Source: Bacteroidaceae bacterium
GTDB lineage: Bacteria > Bacteroidota > Bacteroidia > Bacteroidales > Bacteroidaceae
Direction: 5' to 3'
DNA: 64,000 nt
NCBI GenBank assembly: GCA_045636545.1
Contig: JAZTXR010000055.1
Location: forward strand, 2,309 to 66,308
Shown: positions 30,923 to 40,241 of the stretch, piece after piece
Layout: every line of letters starts with the position of its first letter
Numbering within the stretch: the first letter of the stretch is position 1
Program-made: the position numbers and the translations under genes
The notes under the pieces: model-generated
The model's input: only the letters and a program-made list of their open reading frames with translations
What the model was told of the DNA's origin: nothing
Databases searched by the model: none

Positions 30923-32155
30923 ATGAGCAATTATAGAGACAGATCTTCGGACAATTTCTCACCTCGTGGAAACAGAGGCAGAGCATCCTACAATCCGAAC
31001 TTCGATGGCGACAACAGATTGAAGGGTCGTCCACGTTTTAACAAGAGTGACGACCGTCCCCAGTACAGGAACGCCAGCCGCGAAGGTGGCAATGATGGCG
31101 ACTTTGGCCGTGCAAGACAGTATAAGCGCTATGGTAATGAGGGCGGCAACGGCTTCAATCGTTTCGGTGGTGAAAGAGGTGGCCGTGGTGGCGATTTCGA
31201 GCCACGCTATGGCGGCGATGTACAGCGCCAGGGACGTGATGGCGGCCCACGCGGTGGCTTCCGTGGCGGTTACAAGGCCGACAATGCCGGCGGTGAGAGA
31301 CCCTTCGCAAACAAATATCCCGCCGACCGCCGTCCAAAGTATGGCGACAAGGGAAACCGCAAGGGTACATACGACCCCAATGCAAAGTACAGCAGCAAGA
31401 AACGCGCGGCATTCCGCGATGCGACACTTGACCCCGATGCTCCGGTGCGCCTGAACAAATATCTCGCCAACGCGGGTATCTGCTCACGCCGCGAGGCCGA
31501 CAGCTATATCGAGGCCGGTCTCATCACAGTCAACGGCGCAGTGGTTACCGAGTTGGGTACAAAGGTTGTTCCGGCCGACGACATCCGCTTCAACGGCGAG
31601 CGCGTGAACCCCGAGCGCAAGGTATATGTCCTTTTGAACAAGCCAAAGGATTGCGTGACTACAGTCGATGACCCACAGGAGCGCAAGACCGTACTCGACT
31701 GCCTGCGTGGCATCGGCAAGGAGAGAATCTACCCTGTTGGCCGTCTCGACCGCAATACAACAGGCGTTCTTCTTCTCACCAACGATGGCGATATGGCTGC
31801 AAAGCTCACACACCCCAAGTTCATGAAGAAGAAAATCTATCACGTGACCTGTGACAAGAACGTTGCAATGTCCGACATGGATTTGCTTGTGAATGGCATT
31901 GAACTTGAGGATGGCCGCGTGTATGCCGATGAGGTCTCATACGTGAATGATGCCGACCGTTCACAGATTGGTATCGAAATCCACTCGGGCAAGAACCGTA
32001 TCGTGCGCCGTATGCTCGAGCATCTTGGCTATCGCGTGAACAAGCTCGACCGTGTGCTTTTCGCCGGCCTCACCAAGAAGAACCTTCGCCGTGGCGACTG
32101 GCGTTATCTTACCGATAAGGAAATCAATATGCTCCGTCTTGGTGCATACGAGTAA
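30923..32155 (+). CDS. pseudouridine synthase, RluB/RsuA family, with ~170-aa R/G-rich N-terminal extension
   Basis: S4 domain (LNKYLANAGICSRREAD) and catalytic motif GRLDRNTTGVLLLTNDG. The N-terminus is low-complexity RGG/RGD-rich. Confidence 0.85.
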   Translation: MSNYRDRSSDNFSPRGNRGRASYNPNFDGDNRLKGRPRFNKSDDRPQYRNASREGGNDGDFGRARQYKRYGNEGGNGFNRFGGERGGRGGDFEPRYGGDVQRQGRDGGPRGGFRGGYKADNAGGERPFANKYPADRRPKYGDKGNRKGTYDPNAKYSSKKRAAFRDATLDPDAPVRLNKYLANAGICSRREADSYIEAGLITVNGAVVTELGTKVVPADDIRFNGERVNPERKVYVLLNKPKDCVTTVDDPQERKTVLDCLRGIGKERIYPVGRLDRNTTGVLLLTNDGDMAAKLTHPKFMKKKIYHVTCDKNVAMSDMDLLVNGIELEDGRVYADEVSYVNDADRSQIGIEIHSGKNRIVRRMLEHLGYRVNKLDRVLFAGLTKKNLRRGDWRYLTDKEINMLRLGAYE

Positions 32156-32182
32156 TGAACCGAAGAAAACAGAAATACAATA

Positions 32183-33586
32183 ATGAAACCGATTAAACGA
32201 ACAAGGATTTCCGACCTGCTCAAGAACGGCCAGGCCGGTGTTGAGGTAAACGTGAGAGGCTGGGTGAGAACACGCCGCAGTAGCAAACAGGTAGCCTTTG
32301 TGGCACTTAACGACGGTTCTACCATCAACAATGTACAGGTTGTGATAGATATCGACAAGTTTGACGAGGAGTTTGTGAAGCAGTTCACCACTGGTGCCTG
32401 CCTCAGCGTGAACGGTATGCTCGTGGAGTCAATCGGTGGAGGTCAGGCGGTAGAGATTCAGGCTACAGAGATTGAACTGCTCGGTGCCTGCGACAACACC
32501 TATCCTTTGCAGAAGAAAGGCCAGACAATGGAGTTCATGCGCACAGTGGCTCACCTGCGCCCACGCACCAACACATTCGGCGCAGTGTTCCGCATCCGCC
32601 ACAATATGGCATACGCCATCCACAAGTTCTTCCACGACAAGGGCTTCTACTACTTCCACACACCGCTCATCACAGCATCGGACTGTGAGGGTGCAGGCCA
32701 GATGTTTCAGGTTACAACAATGAACCTCTATGACCTGAAGAAGGACGAGAACGGCAGCATCATCTACGACAACGACTTCTTCGGCAAGCAGGCAAGCCTT
32801 ACTGTGTCGGGTCAGCTCGAGGGTGAGTTGGCAGCCACAGCGCTTGGTGCAATCTACACTTTCGGTCCCACATTCCGTGCCGAGAATTCAAATACACCGC
32901 GCCACCTTGCCGAGTTCTGGATGATTGAGCCCGAGGTTGCCTTCAACGATATCTTTGACAATATGGAACTTGCCGAGGAGTTCATCAAGTACTGTATCCA
33001 GTGGGCACTCGACAACTGCATGGAAGATATTACCTTCCTCAACAACATGATAGACAAGGAACTTATTGAGCGCCTGCGTTCAATAGTGAACACAGAGTTT
33101 GTACGCCTCAGCTACACAGATGGTATCAAGATTCTTGAAGATGCCGTTGCTGCAGGCCACAAGTTCGAGTTCCCGGTATACTGGGGTGTAGACCTCGCAT
33201 CGGAGCACGAGCGTTATTTGGTAGAGACACACTTCAAGCGCCCGGTAATCCTCACCGACTATCCAAAGGATATCAAGGCATTCTACATGAAGCAGAACGA
33301 GGATGGCAAGACAGTGCGTGCAATGGATGTTCTCTTCCCCAAGATTGGCGAAATCATCGGTGGTTCGGAGCGTGAGGCCGACTACAACAAACTCCTCCAG
33401 CGCATCGAGGAGATGAATATCCCAATGAAGGATATGTGGTGGTATCTCGATACCCGTCGCTACGGCTCATGCCCCCACTCAGGTTTCGGTCTCGGTTTCG
33501 AGCGTCTGTTGCTATTTGTGACAGGTATGTCTAATATCCGTGACGTTATACCTTTCCCACGTACTCCAAACAATGCGGAGTTCTAA
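32183..33586 (+). CDS. asnS: asparagine--tRNA ligase
   Basis: Class IIb aaRS with N-terminal OB fold. [33 protein letters not shown] and the C-terminal GFGLGFERL...PFPR are typical of AsnRS. Confidence 0.92.
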   Translation: MKPIKRTRISDLLKNGQAGVEVNVRGWVRTRRSSKQVAFVALNDGSTINNVQVVIDIDKFDEEFVKQFTTGACLSVNGMLVESIGGGQAVEIQATEIELLGACDNTYPLQKKGQTMEFMRTVAHLRPRTNTFGAVFRIRHNMAYAIHKFFHDKGFYYFHTPLITASDCEGAGQMFQVTTMNLYDLKKDENGSIIYDNDFFGKQASLTVSGQLEGELAATALGAIYTFGPTFRAENSNTPRHLAEFWMIEPEVAFNDIFDNMELAEEFIKYCIQWALDNCMEDITFLNNMIDKELIERLRSIVNTEFVRLSYTDGIKILEDAVAAGHKFEFPVYWGVDLASEHERYLVETHFKRPVILTDYPKDIKAFYMKQNEDGKTVRAMDVLFPKIGEIIGGSEREADYNKLLQRIEEMNIPMKDMWWYLDTRRYGSCPHSGFGLGFERLLLFVTGMSNIRDVIPFPRTPNNAEF

Positions 33587-33608
33587 GAAACGGTTATATG
33601 TACAGTCT

Positions 33609-33638
33609 ACCCCGTGCTTTGCAACCAAAGCATGGGGT
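33609..33638 (+). terminator. hairpin after asnS
   Basis: ACCCCGTGCTTTG-CAAC-CAAAGCATGGGGT (one G-T pair), weak T-run. Confidence 0.55.
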
Positions 33639-33676
33639 ATCTACTATTTTATAGATTCCTATAATTTACAAAGACG

Positions 33677-34576
33677 ATGAATAGACAATCGATGGTAGGG
33701 CATCTGGCCTGTTTCTTGGCCTATGCTATTTTCGGCTTCAATATTATTGTGTGTAAGGATTTGACTGCCGGCCAGCTCATATCTCCCTTGGCCATATTCT
33801 GTCTGAGGTCGGTTGGCGCGGGGGCTCTCTTCTGGATTATCTCGTTCTTTGCCCCAAAAGAGACGGTCGAGAAAAAGGATTATGTCAGGATTTTTGCGGC
33901 ATCGATGTTGGGATTCTTTGTCTGTCAGGTCACATTCCTTGCCGGTATTCCGCACATCACACCTATGGATTGTTCGGTACTCTCCGCAATATCGCCCATC
34001 TACACCATGATAATTGCCGCAATGGTGTTGAAAGAGCCCATAACATGGCAAAAGGCTGCTGGTGTGGCAATAAGTTTCGCAGGCATAATATATCTTATTG
34101 TCAGCCGCACGGCGGCAGGAGGTGCGGCCGAGACCTCCCTGTTCGGAATACTGATGATTGTTCTAAACTCATTGAGTTTCTCACTCTATCTTGGAATCTT
34201 CAAGCCGCTGATTGGCAAGTATTCGGTCATCACATTCATGAAATGGATATTCCTGTTTGCCTTTGTGGTCTCTGTCCCGTTTTCTGCAAGGGAGATTCTC
34301 ACTTTGCAGTGGAGCGAATTTCCGGCAATACGGTTTGCAGAGCTTGCCTACCTCATTTTCTGTGCCACGTTCATAACATATTTCCTTATCCCCGTGGGGC
34401 AAAAGCGCATAAGGCCTACGCTTGTGAGTATGTACAGCTATGTCCAGCCCATCATAGCCATTGTAATAAGCATCACTGTGGGCATGGAGGAACTTACGTG
34501 GCAGAAGGTACTTGCCGCTGTCATGGTCTTTGGTGGTGTGGTTGTCGTGAGCTACAGCAAGAGTCGCGTGGAGTAG
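33677..34576 (+). CDS. EamA/DMT-family transporter
   Basis: ~10 TM segments in two EamA-like halves, 299 aa. Confidence 0.8.
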   Translation: MNRQSMVGHLACFLAYAIFGFNIIVCKDLTAGQLISPLAIFCLRSVGAGALFWIISFFAPKETVEKKDYVRIFAASMLGFFVCQVTFLAGIPHITPMDCSVLSAISPIYTMIIAAMVLKEPITWQKAAGVAISFAGIIYLIVSRTAAGGAAETSLFGILMIVLNSLSFSLYLGIFKPLIGKYSVITFMKWIFLFAFVVSVPFSAREILTLQWSEFPAIRFAELAYLIFCATFITYFLIPVGQKRIRPTLVSMYSYVQPIIAIVISITVGMEELTWQKVLAAVMVFGGVVVVSYSKSRVE

Positions 34577-34674
34577 CGGGTATACGTTTATTGTATAAAT
34601 AAACTTAAAAGGTTTTTTAATCTGCAATAAAAATATTATACTCGCGTTGTGAAAGAAAAGGAAGGTTGAGCATT

Positions 34675-35760
34675 ATGGACAAGAACAGTTATTGCGTGAT
34701 TATGGCCGGTGGTGTGGGTTCGCGTTTGTGGCCAATGAGCCGCAAGGCTTTCCCCAAGCAGTTTCAGGACCCATTGGGTTGCGGCAGGACTTTGTTGCAG
34801 CAGACATACGAACGTTATGCCCGCATTGTGCCCCCCGAGAACATCATAATATCCACCAATGTGGAGTATGCCGCTTACGTCAGTGAGCAGCTGCCCATGG
34901 TCGACAGACAGCAGGTCATTCACGAGCCGGCTTTCCGTGGCACGGCTCCAAGCATTGCCAATCTCGCCTGTCACATCCGTCAGCTCAATCCAAAGGCCAA
35001 CATCATTGTAGCGCAGAGTGACCAGCTTGTGCTCAATGACGAGAAGTTTGCCGGGCTTGTGCGTGGTGCCCTTGATTTTGTTGCCGAGAACAACAAACTT
35101 GTGGTCATTGGAATAAAGCCCACCTGCCCCGAGACACGTTACGGCTACATTCAGGCCGAGGGCAATCCCGTTTGCGGTGACATCTGCAAGGTACGCACCT
35201 TTACCGAGAAGCCTGCGCTTGAGTTTGCCAAGGTGTTTGTGGAGAGTGGCGAGTTCTATTGGAATACCGGCATATACATCTGGAACGTGCGGACAATCAT
35301 TGACACACTTACCGAGCATCTGCCCGATATGATGCGGGAACTTGAGACCATCTACCGCGAAATTCCCGACCGCGACCAACGTCGCAAGCGCGGCTATGAG
35401 ATATATACCTCATTCCCCAATGCCTCGATAGACATGAACGTGATGGAGCGTGCCGACAACGTCTATGTGAGTGTGGGCGATTTCGGTTGGGCCGATATCG
35501 GTACCTGGGATACCCTTTACGGCTTTATGCCAAAGGACAGTTGCGGTAATGTGATAATGAACAGCAGTGTGCTCAAGTATGACTGCAACAATAACGTTGT
35601 GATGTTGCCGAAGGGCAAGATTGCCGTGATGCAGGGTGTCGATGACCTTCTTGTTGTGGATTCGGACGATGTGCTAATGATATGCCGCAAGGGCAGCGAG
35701 GGCGATGTGAGGCGTTATCTCAACGACGTTAAGATGAAACTAGGTGAAGAGTTTGCGTGA
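34675..35760 (+). CDS. mannose-1-phosphate guanylyltransferase-like nucleotidyltransferase
   Basis: VIMAGGVGSRLWPMSRKAFPKQF motif. ATG at 34675 preferred over the track's TTG at 34666. Confidence 0.8.
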   Translation: MDKNSYCVIMAGGVGSRLWPMSRKAFPKQFQDPLGCGRTLLQQTYERYARIVPPENIIISTNVEYAAYVSEQLPMVDRQQVIHEPAFRGTAPSIANLACHIRQLNPKANIIVAQSDQLVLNDEKFAGLVRGALDFVAENNKLVVIGIKPTCPETRYGYIQAEGNPVCGDICKVRTFTEKPALEFAKVFVESGEFYWNTGIYIWNVRTIIDTLTEHLPDMMRELETIYREIPDRDQRRKRGYEIYTSFPNASIDMNVMERADNVYVSVGDFGWADIGTWDTLYGFMPKDSCGNVIMNSSVLKYDCNNNVVMLPKGKIAVMQGVDDLLVVDSDDVLMICRKGSEGDVRRYLNDVKMKLGEEFA

Positions 35761-35907
35761 GAACAGATGTCCCTGCACAATTGTTTATTGAATGTGACTG
35801 GTTTGGTTACCATTGTAAAAATATGTTAAAAATGCGAAGTGCTGTTCGGGTGTACGCAAAAAGAACTATCTTCGCGGCAAGATAATACAACTTTAAATAT
35901 TACAACT

Positions 35908-36075
35908 ATGGCTTACGTGATTTCAGACGACTGCGTTGCTTGCGGTACATGTATCGACGAGTGTCCTCAGGGTGCAATTTCTGAGGGTGAGAAGTATTCA
36001 ATCAATCCTGAATTGTGCATCGACTGCGGTAGCTGCGCAAGTGTTTGTCCTTCAGAGGCTATCCACGAGGGTTAA
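35908..36075 (+). CDS. 2x[4Fe-4S] ferredoxin (55 aa)
   Basis: CVACGTCIDECP and CIDCGSCASVCP cluster motifs. ATG at 35908, with a TATCTTCG box about 40 nt upstream. Confidence 0.88.
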   Translation: MAYVISDDCVACGTCIDECPQGAISEGEKYSINPELCIDCGSCASVCPSEAIHEG

Positions 36076-36138
36076 TTGTTGGACGTAGCAGACAAAAGGG
36101 GCACTTGAAAAAGCGCCCCTTCTTTGTAAGAATCCATA

Positions 36139-36240
36139 ATGAGCAGTATGAAAACCTTTCTTCACATATTGGTAAAGAGTGCCATCATTGTGGCTGTTGC
36201 TGTGGTGTGCTACTATATCTACACTTCGTTCTTTGTGTAA
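36139..36240 (+). CDS. possible 33-aa hydrophobic peptide (MSSMKTFLHILVKSAIIVAVAVVCYYIYTSFFV)
   Basis: Short ORF with one TM segment between two hairpins. No further support. Confidence 0.2.
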   Translation: MSSMKTFLHILVKSAIIVAVAVVCYYIYTSFFV

Positions 36241-36252
36241 CGTGGGTGTACC

Positions 36253-36300
36253 ATAAAAACAGACTCCGCAATTTGAAAAAATTGCGGAGTCTGTTTTTAT
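36253..36300. terminator. bidirectional terminator (22-bp perfect stem)
   Basis: ATAAAAACAGACTCCGCAATTT-GAAA-AAATTGCGGAGTCTGTTTTTAT. Confidence 0.8.
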
Positions 36301-36311
36301 GGTTGTTTCTG

Positions 36312-37388
36312 TTACTTCATCTTCTCTTCAACCAGTTCCTTCATTGCCTGGCCACGGAGGTCGCGCTTGATGATTGTGCCGTCGGGGCCGAAAAGGATAA
36401 TCTGTGGAATGCCCTGGATGCCATAAAGCTCTGTCGCATTGTCCTTGTTGTTCTGTGGAACCACAATCTGTGGGTAGGTGATGCCCTCCTCGGTGAGCGC
36501 AGCCTTGAATGCAGTCTCTTCGTCCCACACGTTTACACCAAGTACCATGAACTTGTCGCCGCCGAACTTGTTCTGCAGCTCAATGAGGTTGGGAATCTCG
36601 CCCTTGCAGGGGCCGCACCAGCTTGCCCAAAAGTCAACGAGCACATATTTGCCCTTGCCTACATAGTCCGATAGCTTTGATGCCTTGCCGTCAACAGTAT
36701 AGCCTGTGAAGTCGACGAACATCTTGCCGGCCTGTGTGGCTGCGGCCTTCTCATAGCTCTTGCGCAGAGCCTTGATTGATGCAAGTTCGCCCGCATACTT
36801 TACTGTTGCGATAGCCTCGTCCAATGTCTCGAGAGTGGGGTAGAACATGCGTGCTGTCATGGAAACGATGTATGCACCCATGACATTGTCCTTGTTGTCG
36901 CTGATGCCCTTGTGGTATAGCTCGTAGAATGCTTTCTCCTCACCGGCGAGTGCTGCGTTTATCTCCTCGCGCGATTTGCCCTCGTTCATCAGCTGGTCCA
37001 TCTTTGCGTTGATGGCATTGCCGGCTTCGGCAACTGTGTTACCGAATGCTGCGAGCTTGTCGTTGTAGCCGCCATTGTCGGTAACGGATGCCGGGCGTGT
37101 GGTGAAATCCACAGCTGCCTTTGTGCCGGCTGCGGCAAGCACAACAACCTTGTTACGGCGGTTCTTGTTGATGTTCAGGTCAAAAATCTTCTCGCCGCTG
37201 ATATTGTTCTCGAACTTGAACGCACAGTCCTTGATTACGCACGAGTCGCAGACATTTGCTGTGTTCTGGTCAATGAGATAAGCAGTCTTGCCGTTTGAAT
37301 CCTCGCCTGTCTTTCCTGTGATTGTGTAGCTCTGTGCGCTTGCTGCAACAGCAATGAGTGCCAAAGCCACTGTTGATAAAATTCTCAT
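36312..37388 (-). CDS. TlpA/ResA-like thiol-disulfide oxidoreductase with N-terminal extra domain
   Basis: Signal peptide MRILSTVALALIAVAASAQS, thioredoxin fold with WASWCGPC active site. Confidence 0.85.
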   Translation of the reverse strand: MRILSTVALALIAVAASAQSYTITGKTGEDSNGKTAYLIDQNTANVCDSCVIKDCAFKFENNISGEKIFDLNINKNRRNKVVVLAAAGTKAAVDFTTRPASVTDNGGYNDKLAAFGNTVAEAGNAINAKMDQLMNEGKSREEINAALAGEEKAFYELYHKGISDNKDNVMGAYIVSMTARMFYPTLETLDEAIATVKYAGELASIKALRKSYEKAAATQAGKMFVDFTGYTVDGKASKLSDYVGKGKYVLVDFWASWCGPCKGEIPNLIELQNKFGGDKFMVLGVNVWDEETAFKAALTEEGITYPQIVVPQNNKDNATELYGIQGIPQIILFGPDGTIIKRDLRGQAMKELVEEKMK

Positions 37389-37496
37389 ATTCGTATTTAT
37401 TAAAAGTTTATGTTCAAAAAACCGTCCGCGAAAATAATTTAAATAAATCAATTAATGCGTATGTTTACATTATTTAATACAAAGGGTGTGCAGCAA

Positions 37497-38306
37497 TTAC
37501 TCAAAACAGAGTGTAACGTGCCCTAGGTAGCGGCCGTTCTTGCCCATCTGCTGCATGATGACATCCTTGCCGTTGCGGTTCCTGTACTTGAGCGGCTGCT
37601 CAAAATAGTCATGGGAGTGGCCGCCCAATATTATGTCAATGCCTGCTGTTTCTGCAGCAAGGCGCTCGTCATTGTACTCATTGCTTATTTTCCATCCAAG
37701 GTGCGAAAGACACACAATGGCATCGCACCCCTTCGCTTTCAGCTCGGCAACACACCTGTCGGCCGCCTCAATGGGCGATGTGAATGTCACACCCGCATAG
37801 TTCTCCTGTGCAACAAGCCCTTTAGGGTCGGGCGACAGCCCGAACACGCCAATCCTCTTTCCGCCACGCTCAATGATTGTGTAGGGTTTTACAAGCCCCT
37901 CGCACACCGTGCCTGTGAAGTCATAGTTGGCACAAAGGAAATCGAACTTGGCAATCTGCATCAGCCGCGCCAGGTTCTCCAACCCGAAATCGAACTCATG
38001 GTTGCCGATTGTGCCGGCATCGTAGCCCATGGCGTTCATCACTTCAATCTCCGTGCTTCCCTTGAAGCAGTTGTAGTAAAGCGAGCCTTGCGAGAAATCC
38101 CCGCAGTCAAAAAGCAAAATGTTGTCACGGCCAATGGAGTCGGCAATATGTTCAATGAGCAGTGCGCGGTTCAGCACGCCGGCATTGCCGTTCCTTTCCG
38201 GCTCAATGCAGCTGTGCGTGTCATTGGTGTGCAGTATCGTTATCCTCTCCTGCGCCGTCGCACCAAAGCACAGGCACAGTGCCAGTATTGTCAATGTCTT
38301 TTTCAT
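37497..38306 (-). CDS. metallophosphoesterase (5'-nucleotidase/UshA N-terminal domain type)
   Basis: Signal peptide plus calcineurin-like motifs HTNDTHS, GDFSQG, GNHEFD, GGHSH. Confidence 0.85.
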   Translation of the reverse strand: MKKTLTILALCLCFGATAQERITILHTNDTHSCIEPERNGNAGVLNRALLIEHIADSIGRDNILLFDCGDFSQGSLYYNCFKGSTEIEVMNAMGYDAGTIGNHEFDFGLENLARLMQIAKFDFLCANYDFTGTVCEGLVKPYTIIERGGKRIGVFGLSPDPKGLVAQENYAGVTFTSPIEAADRCVAELKAKGCDAIVCLSHLGWKISNEYNDERLAAETAGIDIILGGHSHDYFEQPLKYRNRNGKDVIMQQMGKNGRYLGHVTLCFE

Positions 38307-38312
38307 TTCCGG

Positions 38313-39074
38313 TTACTCTTTGATTGTTATACGTCCGTCGCACGCGGCATTTATCTTCCTGCCGTTCGCGGTCTCATTCTTTATGTATTCCACCATAAGG
38401 TCACGCAGCAGGTGGCCGGTGATTTCAAGGTCGGTGCCCTGTGCAAGGGTGGTGAGGTTGTCATTGCCCTGTGACAGATAGTCGAGCGTGGCAATGCGGT
38501 ATGCCCTCTGCGGCTCAATGGCCTTGCCGCCCACTGTCGCGCCCACAAGCTCACCGTCTTTTGTGATTTCCAATCGCATTCCGCAAATGGCTTCGCCACC
38601 AACCTTGGCAATCTCCCGGCAGAGCTGTGTCAGCTGCTCGCCCTCAAGAGTGAGGAATGCGAGCCTGTTCTCGAATGTGAATACATTGTAGACATCGCCG
38701 AACGTTATTGTTCCGGCAGCTATGTTGCTGCGCAACCCTCCCTTGTTGGTTATTGCAATGTCAATCTTCTCTTTGCTGTGCAGCTGTGCCATCTCCATCA
38801 GCGCATCGGCTGCAAAATTCATCAGCGGGCTCTCGGGGATATACTTCTCCAATGCCACTGCAGCCTCGCCAAGCACGGGGCTCTTTATACTGTCAATGTA
38901 TGCCTTGTCGCGTTCAAGTATTGCGCGCACCCCGGCCGCGCCATCATTCCTGTCGGTAGCCGTGACTTTTATGTTGCCGGCCTCTATCAGCATGGTCTGC
39001 TCCTTTGGGGTGCAGCCGCAAAGGGCTGCCGCCAACAGTGTGATTGCCAAAAATGAGTGTTTCATGTTTTCCAT
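38313..39074 (-). CDS. 5'-nucleotidase C-terminal (substrate-binding) domain lipoprotein
   Basis: Lipobox LAAALCGC. Sequence matches the UshA C-terminal domain pattern (ITNKGGLRS, FENRL, LDYLSQGND). Directly upstream of the phosphoesterase gene. Confidence 0.8.
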   Translation of the reverse strand: MENMKHSFLAITLLAAALCGCTPKEQTMLIEAGNIKVTATDRNDGAAGVRAILERDKAYIDSIKSPVLGEAAVALEKYIPESPLMNFAADALMEMAQLHSKEKIDIAITNKGGLRSNIAAGTITFGDVYNVFTFENRLAFLTLEGEQLTQLCREIAKVGGEAICGMRLEITKDGELVGATVGGKAIEPQRAYRIATLDYLSQGNDNLTTLAQGTDLEITGHLLRDLMVEYIKNETANGRKINAACDGRITIKE

Positions 39075-39261
39075 TTTGTTAATGATTCAAAGTTAGTGCT
39101 TGTGGCGCATAATAGCAAACAAACACCAAAATAATGAACAACATTTGTTTAAATGCAAAAAATGTTCTATCTTTGTCCCCGCTTTCGGCGTAATCGCTGC
39201 CAAGGAAGAGTAACTTGGTATGTTGCGTTTGAATGATTGAACAATTTAACAAATCAAAAAA

Positions 39262-39612
39262 ATGGATTTAATTAAAATTGCTAAAGAAGCATTTGCTACT
39301 GATGTAAAGCGTGAGATGGAGTTCCACCCAGGTGATACTATCACAGTGGCTTACAAGATCATCGAAGGAACGAAAGAGCGTATCCAGATGTATCGTGGTG
39401 TTGTTATCCGCATCAGCGGTCATGGTTGCGAGAAGCGTTTCACAGTACGTAAGATGTCGGGTACTGTAGGCGTAGAGCGTATCTTCCCATTGAACTCACC
39501 TGCTATCGACAGCATCACTGTCAACAAGCGTGGTCGTGTTCGTCGTGCCAAGCTCTACTACTTGCGCGCCCTCACAGGTAAAAAGGCTCGTATCAAAGAG
39601 ATTAAGGCTTGA
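39262..39612 (+). CDS. rplS: 50S ribosomal protein L19
   Basis: [16 protein letters not shown]...[11 protein letters not shown]...[12 protein letters not shown], typical bL19. Confidence 0.95.
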   Translation: MDLIKIAKEAFATDVKREMEFHPGDTITVAYKIIEGTKERIQMYRGVVIRISGHGCEKRFTVRKMSGTVGVERIFPLNSPAIDSITVNKRGRVRRAKLYYLRALTGKKARIKEIKA

Positions 39613-39625
39613 TAACCTTGTAAAG

Positions 39626-39671
39626 ATCAAAATAAAAAAGCAGCTCCAAAGGGCTGCTTTTTTATTTTGAT
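39626..39671. terminator. bidirectional terminator between rplS and the DUF2007-like gene
   Basis: ATCAAAATAAAAAAGCAGC...GCTGCTTTTTTATTTTGAT long A/T-flanked hairpin. Confidence 0.8.
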
Positions 39672-39675
39672 GTAC

Positions 39676-39906
39676 TTATTGTTCCTCGGAGTTCTTGATG
39701 AGCTCAAGAGCCTTCTCCTTGTCTTCTTCGTTCACCACAACCAGTACGCCCTTGCCGAAGCCTGCGTATGAGGATGTGATGGCGCCAATTGTCTCGTCCA
39801 TTATTGCACATGGGATTTCATTTGTGTCGAGCAGCCCCTTGATAATCTCGGCTTGCCACACGGTGCCTGTGAATACAGTAACCAGTTTTTCATTGTTTTC
39901 GTTCAT
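39676..39906 (-). CDS. DUF2007-like small protein (putative signal-transducing fold)
   Basis: 76 aa, pattern LVTVFTG..WQAEIIKGLLD...IP resembles DUF2007 as I recall it. ATG at 39906 is preceded by GGAGG with a 5-nt spacer. Confidence 0.6.
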   Translation of the reverse strand: MNENNEKLVTVFTGTVWQAEIIKGLLDTNEIPCAIMDETIGAITSSYAGFGKGVLVVVNEEDKEKALELIKNSEEQ

Positions 39907-40103
39907 AATCACCTCCTTTTAAAAGATTGAACACTCTCCTCGGCCTGTTTGTTGGCTTTGTCTTTGCGAATATAGGCATTTGTCGCAAATAAAGTAAACT
40001 TTTTCCACCCAATTGCAGAAATTTCCGTGCCTTTGTGCTATATTCGCATTTGAATTGGTTGTAATATGGATGCTGACCCTAAACTTGGAAGTTTGGTTTA
40101 AGT

Positions 40104-40174
40104 GTCATATCGAACGTATGTGAGATATCTCAATGTCGTTTTTTCGAGATCCCTCACGCAAGGTTCGGGATGAC
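40104..40174. repeat. REP-like palindromic unit in the frr leader
   Basis: GTCATATCGAACGTATGTGAGATATCTC - 13 nt - CGAGATCCCTCACGCAAGGTTCGGGATGAC. Its reverse complement aligns with 45714-45779. Confidence 0.75.
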
Positions 40175-40241
40175 AAGGTGCGTTGGGTTACTGCTATGTT
40201 CTTCCTTTTGTTTTGTTGAAAATCAATTAACACTTAAAATT

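Noticed and set aside
31047-31487. Alternate-frame ORFs on both strands within the rluB-like 5' region.
   Set aside because: They are by-products of the GC-rich, low-complexity RGG-coding tract. Their translations are themselves low-complexity and they lack start contexts.
33970-34602. 210-aa alternate-frame ORF inside the EamA transporter gene.
   Set aside because: It lies on the same strand in a +1 frame. The translation is Cys/His/Arg-rich nonsense typical of off-frame reading of a membrane-protein gene.
36045-36674. 209-aa plus-strand ORF spanning the ferredoxin 3' end, two terminators and the tlpA-like 3' region.
   Set aside because: It crosses two strong hairpin terminators and is antisense to a well-supported thioredoxin-fold gene. 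It has no motif.
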